Source of the DNA: Balanoglossus misakiensis
Taxonomy: Eukaryota; Animalia; Hemichordata
Direction of reading: 5' to 3'
NCBI GenBank assembly: GCA_040954595.2
Contig: CM082582.2
Span: 8,202,325 to 8,266,324, forward strand
Length of the DNA stretch: 64,000 bases
How positions within the stretch are numbered: the first letter of the stretch is position 1; each line of letters opens with the position of its first letter. This document shows, piece after piece, positions 13,716 to 27,589 of this stretch. A program made the translations under genes and the position numbers. The notes beneath the pieces were generated by a model. The model saw nothing but the letters and a program-made list of their open reading frames with translations. It made no database searches and was not told where the DNA came from.

Positions 13716-15775
13716 CTAAAGCACTTCATCGATTCTGTCCTGTGATCTCGCATTTGCTTGCCTGGTGTCTTTTTTATTTCGTTTAGGTAGTTTGATGACA
13801 CTCAAAGTCGACCAAACCGAATCCGACCATTGAGAAAGAAAGTGCGGCCGTGTTGCAGATCTCGGCGCTGGGGGCGCCTTTGTCTTTATCCCCAGAGTTC
13901 TTCTCACGGTTCCGCGGCACTGGCTGCTCAGTATACAGTACAGCATGAAATTGATGGCGCAGTTGAAGTTTTCGCAGAGTTCACTGGTGAACTGCAGAAC
14001 TCCAAGTACCAGTGGTGCATTTGGAATTCCAAGATTCAAACCTGCGAAATAATGGAAAATGATTTCCTATGAAATATGTTCCTTTTAATCAGTAATGAAA
14101 ACCCATCACCTGCGCTGCTCCTTGAAAGTCGCACTTGAAAATTTTAAAACACAGGTTAAAAGCGTGTAATTTTTGTCGAAGTTGGTTGTAAAATGACCAC
14201 TGGAAAAAGATCCCATCCAAGAATAAAACTAGTGGCCGAAAAAACGACAGAAGAAGAAGTAGAAGAAACAAGCAAGTAATACCAATAGGGCCCAAGCGCA
14301 ACAAAACAAAACCAAAAACACTTACTTTTCATGCAACCATAGAATTTGATGCACAAAGTCGGTCCCCATGAAAGTATGAAGGTGAACGACACCGCCAGAA
14401 GTACCATGGTGATGGTGTGCTGTCGACGTTTGAATTTTACCCCGACTCTGCAAGACAGCGAGCCGATGAACTTGTTCCTCAGTCGAAGGGATCGGATGAC
14501 CATGCCGTTCAAGACGATTATCATGATATAGGGGATAAAGATGAATAAAGTCCTTCCCCATTGACTTGTGAGGTGAAACGCTTCTCCGCCTTGGTCGCTG
14601 TGGATACACACGTCGTACGGTGTTTGGTTTGTGACGTTCGTACCTGGGAATGTTACCAGTAATTGGACGTTCTTGACTTCGAAGAACTTGGGCAGAGCGA
14701 GAACCACACAGGAGAGGTAGATGAGAGCGATGATGGTCACCGTGCGGCGGGCGGTGGTGAGGTATCGCCGGCGGAGGGGGTGACACACGGCTATGTGTCG
14801 CTCGATGGCAAACGCCACCACCAGCCAGATGACGGTGCTGTGAGCGGCGTTGGATATCACGGCGTTGTACCTGCAGAAGGAGCCGTAGGACCAGTGACCG
14901 TACGGAACGAAAATGGTCATCACCTCTCTCAGCAGGCCGATCGAAACCAAGAAAACCAGATCGGCAACTGCCATGGCAACCAGATAGAAAGTTGGAGTTC
15001 TCACTTTTCGGTCGGAACAAGTGAAGACGAGGATTGTCACGAGGTTCGACGGAATGCCGATTATCAATATCACCAACAAGCAAGAAAATTTTGTCATCTT
15101 CAACGACACAAGGCCGATAAGATTCGTCAGACTTGGATCAGAGAAATATGGATTGACCAGTGGCAATTCGATGACAAAACCGTGGTCATCCAAATCAGTC
15201 GAAAGTCCACCCGGTCTATCTGTTGAATTATTTGCCTGGGGAGATAAAGTCGTGGAAATGTTCCCATCGCCCACTTCCTTTGTAATAATGTTTTCCCTGG
15301 TATTTTGTTCAAATGTGACGGCAGAACTTACATGAAACACGCTGGTCGCATATTCTGTCGTTGTTGCGACAGAAAACAACGACTCCGTGGTCATTTCTGA
15401 GTCAACCGCACCGGAGGTATCGTCCGCGCCAAACGTTCCACGGTCGGTCGCGACTTCTGCAGTAAAATCAGGTACTATCGCAGAACAATTTTCTTCGCCA
15501 TGTCCTGAAGAATCTCTTAAAGCACTTTCAGTGAAATGCGACTGAACGACCATTTCGCGTGGTCGAGGACTCCCTGCGAATGATTCCGTCAAGTTTTGGT
15601 CATTTGCAAGAAACGTAGACCCGTCAGGAAAAGCCTCGGTAGTCAAAATGCCACTTCTGCCAGAAGATGTTACTGTCTCCATGATGTTTAAGCCGTCGGA
15701 TACGGTGCCTTCATCCGCCATACATGCATAAGATACTACTGTGCATATAAAAATATAAGTCACGTACTTGCCCAT
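13716..15775 (-). CDS. Class A (rhodopsin-like) GPCR, FMRFamide-receptor/GPR139-142-like group, ~591 aa, 2 coding exons
   Basis: Exons 15775-14326 (ATG; donor gtaagt) and 14041-13716 total 1776 nt in frame. Motifs: TM1 IGIPSNLV, TM2 LVAMAVADL, TM3 FAIERHIAVCHPL, TM4 LALPKFF, TM6 FILSWGP, TM7 NCAINFMLYC. Hydrophobic signal-peptide-like start (MGKYVTYIFICTVVSYACMA) followed by a Ser/Thr-rich ectodomain. Confidence 0.9.
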
Positions 15776-16490
15776 TTTGAAATGATTCCACAATTATTCA
15801 ATAGATATGGATTTGCTTCTCACCAGACCATGCGTTACCGCCTGAACGTTGGCCGCACATGGAGTGACTTTATGTTATAATAATCGATGATATTTCTCAC
15901 GTGAAATTGAAAGCCACTGAAATATAATAACACGTGCCTTTTATCTTATCATAATTGCCGGACATGTCTTCGAACTGTCTCTTAGAAACCCGACACGATA
16001 GGTCGGCATTTCAATTATATTCTGAAGCAAAATTGGTCATTAAGACATGTAACCATAATGAAATGGGCAAGCAGTCACCATGCCAACGGCTGCAAACGAA
16101 ACTACAACCGAGACTCGCTGGGACCCGGATTACAGTATGCCATATGTATTGTTGAAAGGATATAATTTCGGCTATTCTAGTAGACAGAAATGAAAATGGA
16201 ATACAATTGAAAACTATCTCGGTGCTCTATTCAGCATTTATCTGGCTGCAACTGCATTGTGATATCATCTTTCTCTCTCAGATTTGGTAACTTTTACTGT
16301 GTCATGCAAATTGAAAGGGGTATTTATATGAAAGCTTTTTTAAGGATCAAGGATGCCCATATGCCCCATCTTTGCTCGCCTAAAGCATCGTTGATTAAGA
16401 AGCGTAATCAGGCAACCTAACCCCCACTACCGAAGAAAGTTAGTCGGACGGAAAGTTCAAAACGAGGCCGGTGAAATGTCCAGAATGGTC

Positions 16491-16532
16491 GTGACGTCAC
16501 AGGGGTGTTTCCAATTATAGCTCAAGATGGCG
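16491..16532. promoter_or_regulatory. Promoter elements between the divergent GPCR and formin genes: palindromic CRE and YY1-like motif
   Basis: GTGACGTCAC at 16491-16500 and CAAGATGGCG at 16523-16532, in a CpG-enriched patch ~100-130 bp upstream of the formin ATG. Confidence 0.55.
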
Positions 16533-16626
16533 ACGCGCGATATCGCTGAACTTTGAAACTTTTTTACAACAGGAATCCCGTAAATTCGACCCTTTTTCTG
16601 AATTGGGCGCATTCTTTTGATTCAAC

Positions 16627-19600
16627 ATGTCACGAACATACAGGCTTAGCAATGATGAACAGCTATGGGTCATGGTCCAGGTCAAGGAGGGGAAAATGAC
16701 CGTAGACGAAGCCTTGGAATATGTGTACAAGCAGAACGAAGTTATGGACGGTCTAGAACAGGACGACAGCGGGGACAGTAGCGATGTGTCAAACCAGGTG
16801 AGTAGGCGGTCAACGTGGAACTAAATTGCACCCTGTTCGCTACCGGACGTATTGGTTGTCTGTACAATAACAGGACAGCGTGTGTCCACCATATTACGCT
16901 TTGAAATCGTAACAAACCCGTGTGAAACTATGGACGCTGGGCGGTAGGGTGGTACACACCACACCGAACAGCTGAACTCTGCTTTTAAAATAAGAGTTGT
17001 TTTGGTCTTTCGAAGTCGTCGTTTGTTATTCTCTGTGTTCAATTTGAGCGGTGACGGCTTATGCTTATATGTTTTTTGTCGTTAGGACCTACAAGTCAGA
17101 AGTTTAATTAAGGAAATAAATGGCTTCCTTGTTATTGCAAGGTCTACTACAATAACATAAGTTCTTTGGCATGATACTTTGCCTCTATTGAATAGGGAAT
17201 CTAGAATAGACGACGGCAAGGGGACAGTGGTCTCGCTGCCTGCGGTTCACTTTCCCCTTCAAATCAGAGTCCACACACGCAGTAATTTGAAGTGCCACCC
17301 ATAATAAAGCACAGTCTGCCTAGAATCTTGCACAGTCTGCAACTCTGCTCTGGTTCTCTGCGATGATGATCATAATAAAAGTCTACTGCCTCTGTGCAAT
17401 AAGATGTGCATAGATTTTATCCAGTGTTGAGTACCTGTAAATCAATAGAATTGATTGTATTATTTGAATCTATGCAAAGCATATGTTGGGTCACACAGTG
17501 CATGTATTGATTTCAGTGTCATGATAAGAAGTTTGTATATATCAAAACAAAAAAAAGTTATCCATCCAGGGTCACATGTCCCATTCCAGAATATAGAAGC
17601 TCATTCTTCACAGGAACTGGAAGTACATCCAAAAGTGCACACAGCTTTTCCGGAAAACATAATACAATATCTGTTGGCAACGTTAATTTTTTCATTTGTT
17701 TCTCTATCATTTGGCCATTTTGTGTTTCTATCTATGAAGTAATTCTTCAGAGATATAAGATTAGTCTGGTCCCATATTGAGTTGCATAAAACAAATATTT
17801 GAAAAGGAAGTATGTACAGAAGCCACATATAGATTGTAACTTGTCATTGATATAATTAATAGATGTTCCATATACTGAGAAACAAAGGAAAAACTTAAAT
17901 TGGCCTGTATGTAAGCAAGCTATATTTTGTCATTCCATAACCAAGCCAGACAGTGGAAGTAGCTAAACTTTTATTGGCACAGCTGTATTTGATCGGTATA
18001 TGTAGGTTTATTTTGTTTGTTTTCTTTTGTTCCTAAAAATGGAATCATGGGAATCACAGAAGTCCGGGATCAAGAAAAGTATTCTTCAGCGGATCGGGAG
18101 GTTGAGTGTCAGGAACTTGTCGGATATTGGGACGTTCTCCAGGAAGGACAAGTTGAAAGCGCCCGTGTTCGGGGCTGAAGAGAACGGATCCGGACAGAGC
18201 GAGCGGGAGAAGACCGAGGGTCTGATTAAACTGATGCTGGCGCAGGGCGTGATTACGGAGGACGACGTGAAGAAACAGAAACTGGTGTCGGACGAGTACA
18301 AGTCGGGGGACGCCGAGAGAGTTCTCATTGCCAACTTAGTGAAGGTGAGATTACATCAGTTTTCCTCAATGACATGACATGGGGTTTCGCGTTTGGTTCA
18401 GTTTGATATGTCCAAGTTAACCTGCTATTTATGGCTTTGCTGTAGGACATTGTAATGTTCACCATGTTAGATATTCAAATTGCTGAACATGCTTTTACAA
18501 TGTGTCGTGGACCTGAGGAAGCACCCCATAAATTCATATTTTTGTTTCCTGTTGCGTTGAACATAAGTAATTTCATATCTCGCATGTCAACATTGAAACG
18601 ATTAACTTTCTAAACAGAAACCCCAGTTGGTATTGATAACATTACAGGCTGAAGTTCTCACATTTCCTTTTATGCTTTCATTAATAATAATAGTGGTTAT
18701 TTTGGAAGATCAAAACAAAATTGGACAAAACTGCTTGTGTACATGTATATTCAAAATCATTGAAAAATAAGGAAGTGTATTGCTACGGGAGCATTGTTTA
18801 TCATAGGGAATATTGAAGTAAACTCATACTACTCTAGTTATACACTGATAATTTTTAACTTGTTTGATCACATTCAAGGGCAAAGATATTGAATCTTTAA
18901 TGGCAAGGTACATATAGAAGGTCTCAGTGTTCATTTAGATGTGGAATACTGTTACCGACAGCTCTGTGATTTGCAAAAACATGTATCTATTACAGATGTG
19001 AATTTATTTTCCACTTTATGAGATTTGACACTAAAGCCTTGCTACTACAGCCAATACAATCAATGTTATCAGAATACTAGTACATCTACAACTAATCACA
19101 GAGGTCGAGTGACGTGACCTTTCTTGGACATTCTGATATCATGTGGAATACCAAAGTCTAAACACAATTGAAAGGTCGGAAAAGGCCAGGTCAATGTTTA
19201 AAAGAAATGATAGGTCTTGTTTTGTTTCGTTTTGTTGGTTCCCAAGTAATCAGTGAAAAACAAGAAATTAATCCCCATATTTTCCTTGTCCATTTCTTAC
19301 AGAGTGGCAGAATGAGCATAGATGATGCAATGAGGTATGCCAACAACCTGGGAATAGCTGATTCCGCCCAGAGAGAGAATGAATACATTGAAGAAGCCAA
19401 CAGTGCCATGGAAGAGAAGAAACTCTATAATTTTGGAGTCTACAAATATTACAAACATAAAAGTAGTCAGAGAAGAATTTTACAGGTGAGTTGGTGATTG
19501 AAATTCTAGGCAAAATTGAAATGCATGGTTTTTTTGTTTTTCACATATGTAGAAGTTTGGGGAAATTGTCTCTTATAAGTATAAAAACAGGTGATATGTA

Positions 19601-22600
19601 TATATTCTGGTTCCTGTTTATGTCGTACACTGCTCTTATTTCTGGTGGGCATATGGAAAAGGATCTTTGGAATTTGGAAGTAACTGTCAGTATAGTTTCA
19701 AACATCTGTTGTTAAGAAAACATTTTCTCTCACGGCTTTTCAAAACTGATAATATGAACAATAGGCATGTTTGTAAAAAAGTCATTTGTTGTAACCTATT
19801 AAATTGGTGTTTTTCTTTCAATTTCAGATTGATTTTCAAAGTGGTGTTTTGTGTAACATTCAGAAGGGAAATCTGAACAGAAAGTTCAAATTCTCTCAAG
19901 TCAGCAGCTTTGAAAGTGATGTAAGTATGACTTTAAATAGTGGGTAATTTTTTTCAGATGCACTTGGTCAGCTATTAAAATAACAAAGATGGGTCTCATT
20001 ATATGTAACTTCACATAACAACCACAAGGAAATGACACTGTACTGTGTTGAATGCTATATTTGGCTCTGAGTATTATCTGCCAGACGGCACTCTTTTTCG
20101 CTATCAGATAAAATATTTTATTTGAGTGTTGCATTCCTAAAGTCAGTGGAGTATGTGTATGTTGTCTCTCGAGCCATGCCAACACTTCATACTCTCAGCT
20201 GAACTTGTAGAATGTTTTCAAAATACCTCAGTCACAGAAGACTGACACAAGATTTTACAAGTTAATGTTGAGCTGTAATGAAAACTTAGGGTAAAGTAGT
20301 AGGCTGCATGATCAAAGACATAATTTGGAATCTGGGTCAAGGCTGTTCAACAACAGTGGTTCTCAGAAAGACTATCCACAGATGTTAGAAATGTCCCTTT
20401 GAGGTTTTAAGTTGTCTGTAAAAGATGGGTTTAACCCGCGTCAGGTAGCCAGCTTTTCGTGGAATGTTCAGAACATTCTGCAAATACTCCTCCTATCATC
20501 AGGATATCGATCGTGCATTTCTGGCATGACTGGGTCCCAGTCTGGTTCTTGGTGAGTCACAGCAAGGCTGTCAAGGAGGAAATAAAACTTGAGAAGACAT
20601 GTCTCTGGGAAAAATTACGCCGTGCATGTTTCCTTAAGAATATCAGCTTCTTTTCCTGATTGACTTACTAAGGCAAATGTCCATTTGTAATGGACACTTC
20701 ACTTCCTGGTGATGTTGAAAGTGCATCCCATTGTTTCCACGACAACCATGGTCATGGTGGAGTAGAGAGATTAAAGTAGGTATTGTTGCCACGGTTGTGG
20801 TAAGTGTCTAGAGGAAAACAGGTCTGGAAATTATATTATATTCTATGAATAGAATTATGTTTTCTTCATTATTTTGTTTTGCAGGAAGGGACAAGATTTT
20901 TCATTTATTTTTTGGATCACCATGAATACGAACTTGAAACAGACACATTGGAGGAGAAAGAAAAGGTAATGAAAATCCCCTCTATATAAATTATCGCTCG
21001 CCCCGAATAATCTGGTGATTATTGTACATTTCTGCATTCTTTCACGTTTGTAAACTTTATCTTAGTGAGTGACTAAGGCTTATTTGGTTAATAGTGACAT
21101 ACAAACCGAGTTTTTGCAATGCGATGGTCGAGTGACCTTTGACCTTGAAACTTATTGTTAGTCAGTGTCACCTTGGCTGATACTGGGGGAGGCGCTCTCT
21201 GTGTTTGGTGAAAGGGTTAAATTCACACTCTAGTAAATGCTGTCATTCCCCCCCCCCCCCTCCTCCCCCATTTTTAGATTCTCCGACTGTTGCAAATAAT
21301 AATCGAGCAAAACCGGCTGGAGAAACGCGGAGGTTTGACGCAGATTGAACGAATTCAGAGTCTGCCGCGGTGCCAGGCCGTCATCAAAGAAGGCGAGTTG
21401 GAGAAGAAGACGAACAAATACACCAGCACTTGGGTCAGGTGAGTAATGTCTTGGTTTCAGTCATTGTACATTTAGTGCTAATAGTTTCCCCCTTCATTGT
21501 CTGTGATGTAGTTGGTTTGTATGGACAATGAGAGTCTTAGAAATTGTAATGACCAATATTTAATTTTTGAAAAGAGTGACAAGTGATAGTATTACTGTAA
21601 AGAGTGGCGGTTGAAAACATCTACCCTAATCAGATGAATTGTATATTTGACATATCGTTGAGTTTCATCTGCAATTTTGTGGGGCTTGCTCTTTCAGGCG
21701 ATGGGTTCGCATCAGGCATGGGGAGTTGTCGTATTACAAGCTGGGTGAAGACCATCAGACGGCATTGAATATCTTACAACTATCGGATGAAGATACTGTG
21801 ATCAGTAAAGTGGACTTCAATGCCATCAGCATCTCAACAAGAACCAAAGTCTACTAGTAAGTTGCTTTGTATGCACATTTGAAAAAAAAAAGAGTTGACA
21901 TACATTGTTTTAAAAGATTTTTACTGTGATTCAAACTAAAAAAGAGATAATTTCTTGAGATTTTTTCGAGGAAAAGATGAGTTGTTGTATCGTTTAGAAA
22001 AGTAGTAACACTTTGGTGTTAATGTGATTTCAAGTTTCAGAATTTTTGGCAGCAAAGCCCCGGCAGAGACCACAAAGCTACGAGATGAATGGTGGAAGGT
22101 AAGGGAAAATAATCCCGGAATTTCAATCCGGTGCTTCATTTCGTATTCCTGAGGAAATTCGTACAGACATTTCATAATGCCAATGAATGGTGAACAGTTC
22201 TACATTTGCCAAAATTTGCATCAGAATGATGTACAATGAAATTGAAAGGAGCGATGATACTACTGATGTTATACACAAAATACAACTACTATATGTATGG
22301 ACTCAGTGTAAATATATGAGTTATTGGAAAAAAATTGGTATGAATGTTTTTGTGGTCAGGCACTGGGTACAGCTTGCGGAGAGCGAAGGTATGGGATGAC
22401 AGGTGATCCGTATGAAGATGATGATGTCTTCTTCAATAAAGACATCTTGACAACAGAAAGCATACTTTCGCAAGATACAGGACTGTCATCCACTGTGACC
22501 AGTTTGCAAGAGGTAAGTCGATCGTTGATGGGTCTCAGTGAGATTTAGAGTTCTTGGATATACTGTAAAAGTAGTACTTTTTGTGTTGGTCAAAGAATAA

Positions 22601-25600
22601 TAATGGAACTGCAAGTTATTTCTGCAGGGATTGAATTCTGGATTTTGTATTTCTTGTAGGAACTGGAAAAATTGAATTCTGTGCTGGCAATTGTCAATGT
22701 TCAAGAAGCAACACTTAATCTGGAGAAGTTACAGACATTGGCCAACAAATTGGAAACACAACTGAAGAGGCCTCTGCCACCAAGGTGAGGACAGTATTGA
22801 GTTCATCACTTCATGTTGGGATTTTACAGTAATAATACATTCGCAAATTCACTATATAAACAAGAAGTTTCTAAGTTGGATTGTCTTAATGAGCAAGTAG
22901 AAAATAACCATTACATTGATGTGGTGACATGTGTTTATAGAGAAATGTCATTCTTTTCCATTGCAGGCCTGAAGTTAAAAACTCGTCCCTGTCAAGTAGT
23001 GTGTTAAACACAAGGTACGATTCTCTCTCTCAAATGCCTTCGGACATTAACGACTTTGAAAGTCAAACGGGCAGCGAAGGCAGCAGTGTGTATTCTCTGG
23101 CCCGGAGAATTATCCCCGAGGGGTGTGCAGCTACGCCGGTCCAGTTGCCACCCGTGAAAAATGAAGGCAAGCCACCGAAGGAAGTGAAGGTGTCAGGAGT
23201 GGTTGCAAATAGTGCACACGTCGTTTCGGACAGTGATAGTCGTGAAAAAGAAACGCCATGTCCCTTTCCTGAGCTTGCGAAACCCCCTGAATATCCAGTG
23301 TACGAGAATTGGGGACCAGCGGGGGTGAAAATCGAACCGTCTGATTTGGACAAATCTGACCAGCCCGAGAAGCCAGCGGATGAAAAGGTGGTGTCTGAAG
23401 ACAGTGCAGAGGCTGAGATCCCGCAACCGCAATCGGATGTCACGGATGTTTCTAAAAGCGAACCTAACCAGACTTCTATGAAGCCTTCAGACGAACAGAC
23501 GGGATCTGAGGACACAAGCAACGAGGCAGAGAATTCAGTGCCACAACCAGCTCCGCCCGATCAACTAGATGCTTCTGGTGACTCTCAACAATCAGCCAAC
23601 ATTCCCCGTCCCCCACCTCTTCCACCAGTAGGAGGGCCTCCTCCCCCACCTCTTCCACCTATGGGAGGGCCTCCTCCCCCACCTCTTCCACCTGTTGGAG
23701 GGCCTCCCCCTCCTCCTCCCCCTCAGCTGCTCAGTGGAGTACCCCCTCCGCCACCTCTTCCAGGTGAGGGACCACCACCACCTCCTCCATTATCGCCAGG
23801 ATCACCGGGCCCACCAGGTACGTACTCTTTCACTCGTCAGCTCATTTTGTTTCATGCAGCAAACTTGGCTGTCGAATATGGATTTTTTTATACGTCTATA
23901 AATATCAGTGATTTTATGTAAGCATTTGGAACAGCAAACCATGCAACAGTGGATATGTTCAAAACAACAAAGTATAAGAAAATGTAAACAACAATAATAG
24001 CAGCAGTAACAGCAACAACAATAATGATGATATTAATACTAATACATGTACTAATAATTTGTAACAGCTATGATTACACTAAGCGATAAGATAGTCATGA
24101 TGCTGATAGTCAGAACTAGCTCCCAACTTTTGATAGTTTTCACATTGACATTATAGTGTGTCAACAATTTCAGATTCCTGGTATTGTTATTACATGTACA
24201 TTCATTCATTCATTCATTCATTCACTCACTGATCATACATTGAGTCATCCATGTGGTCTTGGATGATTGACGTCATATATTTGTGCCTTACTAAGCAATA
24301 TTATTGATATGTTTGCTTTTGATTAATTGCATGATTGAGTTGTCATAATTTGTTATATCCCTACCTCAGTCCAATTACATAAATTTATGTTTTAACTAAT
24401 TTTACATCACTTGTAATTTGTGTCCTTTCTCAACTGCTCACCTCGGAATGATGTGTTGCATTTCAACTAGTGTAATTCGCTTTTCTTGTGGTTAATGACA
24501 TTATTTATGCAGTTGTTGTTTTGTCTATAACATTTGTTTTATTTGTTGAGTAATGATATCAATCTGCTCTGCCTGTAATTAATGACATGAATGACGCAGT
24601 ATTGCCAATATTAAACTAATGCCATTGATTTTATTCTGTCCTTTTCTGACGTCACCACTTTTTCCATCTCGCTCATTCATTCATCGCTTCATTCATTCAT
24701 TCGCATTCCATAGGGACACCCATCACGCTAGCCACAGCTCCTCTCCAATTGTACGATTTTCCAGAACTGCCGCGGAAGCAGAGCATCAGATCATCTGTGA
24801 AGATGAGGCCATTCCATTGGGCAAAAATACCGCAGTATATGGTAAGTGACACCTCCACCATGGAAATGTCTGTAGTGAGTAAAATGCACCTTTCTGAATG
24901 TACCAGTCCAATTTAACCATCCATTAAGTTGGTTTATACCACAGTCTAGTGATGACAAGGGGGTTTGTATTCACTAGAGTAGCTGAGTTGCATTGAGCAG
25001 CAGGTGTGCAAACAAGACTGTAACAAGGTGAAATTTGTTCCCCTGCACAGGTCAATAAATCTGTGTGGCAGAAGGCCAGAGATGTGACAGATAAGCTGGA
25101 TACAGAGTTACTGGAAGAAATGTTTTGTGCTGCAAGTGTCACGGAGAAGGACTATGGCACTCCAGGTACGTCTTGATTTCCCTATGGGATTTTATCAACA
25201 CTGCATTAACGATGGGTTGGCCCAGTGTTAGCTAAGTGTGCTAGTGTTTACTTATATGTATACTAATAAGATGTGACAGTGAAGAGCTAAATTTGCTAAC
25301 CCATGCTGGCCTTGGGTTAGCCCTGGAGCTGAACCAGTTGACAACTTGATTTTGAACTGTACTGTAAGAGCGTGGATTCACTTGACCTTGAAATACCGAT
25401 GTCCATTTCTACACTGACCGATCAACCGATAGACATGCCGTAAATTTCTACAATGGGCTCAGTCTCTGGGGAATGAACTGTACCACTGGGTATATGACTT
25501 CACACTGTCTTTCTCACTCAGACCATGCCAAGAAGAAAGCCAACACCCTCCTTGATCCAAAGTTAGCTCAGAACATTGGCATATTTTTGAGTGGCTTCAA

Positions 25601-27534
25601 AGTGGACTTGCAAGACCTTCGAGGGTACCTGACCTACTTATCAGAGGCAGATGGTGGACTTTCATTAGATAACATCAACACGCTCAGAAGGTAAGTTTCG
25701 TCTTGTTTTCATGTCGTCAAATTTAACATTTGTCTTCTGCAATTAACCGGATAAATTCAACAAAAAATTCCCACAAGATTATTATCAGATTGAACATGAA
25801 TGACGTACAGTAAAACTTGTCGAAACCGGACAACAAAGGTCCGAAGATATTGATCGGTTTGCAGAGGTGTCCAGTTTATTTATGAAGGTTATTTCAACAT
25901 ATCGTTCTGTGTGAACCATGTATTTGGTCTGTAGGTATCAACCGACCACAGAAGATATCGAAATGTACAAACAGTACAAAGGAAACCGCGATGAGCTTCC
26001 ACCAACAGATCAGTTTATGATGCAGCTCTGTGAAATCCCGTTGCTGAAATTGAGACTAGATTTGCTGTTGCATATCAACGAGTTTCCCATGGCGTATGAA
26101 GACCTGGCACCGGTAAGAACCAGAGAATACTTTTCACTTTTGTTTCGAAGCTGGTGTAACCATGACTATTCCATAAATAGATACTTCGCATTTTGTTTGA
26201 TCCTTCTTGCTTGATTACTATCTGACCCACCACTTCTTTTGGAAAGTAAAACAAAGAAGATTGGAAACACACTGATGAATTTAGACATATATACATCAAT
26301 TTTTGCATGAAATTCTTGGTTGTCAGTCAAGTCCAAACGTTTAACCCGTTCACCACCATGGTTCAGTCCAAACCCATTGTTTTCTATGGTATGGTTGGAC
26401 CTCTAGTGAAGGAACTGGGGGTGAAAGGGTTAACCACCACTGTGCTCACAGTGAATGTTTTATGTTTTTAATTCTCAGACGATAGAGACTGTACTGAACG
26501 CTTGTAAAGAACTCAGAGACAGCGGCAAGTTCATGTCTGTATTGGAGTACGTTCTGGCTATCGGTAACTTCATGAACAGTAACTGCAACAAAGGAACTGC
26601 CTTTGGATTTAAACTAGGAACCCTCACCAAGGTAAAAATGACAGCTTCTGTGCTGCTATTGCGACTGCAAGCTAACATCTGAACAATATCACTGATCAGT
26701 TATAGAAAATGCAGAATATATTGATTAATTAACACAAGCTGGCATCTCTATATTATGAAACAATTTTTAATTGACAAATATGAATCTTTCTGGTTAATTA
26801 TAATGGATATCTTCATTTGAAAAATAAGTGTTACCAATCATTGTACGGAAGGTTTATTATCAACCTATATCTGGAACTGATGGCTTCATCTTTGACACAG
26901 CTTGCAGAATGTCGGGGCAAAGACAGAAAGTACACACTGCTGAAATACCTTGTAGAAGTGATCAACAAAAAAGAACCAGAGCTCTTGACATTCACTCAAG
27001 AAGTGACCAGTGTAGAGGAGGTGTCTAGTGGTAAGTGTCACATAAAACACTCTCACCATCTTTGTGGGAATGCATGTCAATATTTTTCACAGACTGAAGA
27101 CCATTTTTCAAAAAAAATTGTAAAAATTGTTAACCCTCAAATGCAGAGATTTGAATAAACTGAAGTTTTTGTTTTGTTTCTCCAATCAAAATTACAGCCT
27201 CTACCATTGCACTAACAGCTGAAATCGATGGTAAGTACTTCATGCATATTTTCATCTTGGTAGTGGTTTAGTTGGTTATTTTGTACGTAATACACCACAG
27301 ATATTTCTGGAGTGACTTCTTCATTCTTATTCTAATATTTCAGTGATGAAGAAAGATTTATCCAAAATAAGGAACAGCGCTGGTCAAATAGCAAAGAATA
27401 AGAAAAGCACACACCAAGATGCTAGATTTTGTAGACAAGTGGAGGTATGTATCCTGTATTCATCATAATGTATGTGGACATGAAATTTGTGTATTCATTG
27501 GACAGTATGCCCTGTTGTTTTATCTTGGTGGTGG

Positions 27535-27589
<55 letters not shown>

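Noticed and set aside
14156-14325. GPCR as a single-exon 545-aa ORF, as in the ORF track
   Set aside because: This part reads through a gtaagt donor. The real TM7 and helix 8 are in exon 14041-13716, which joins in frame.
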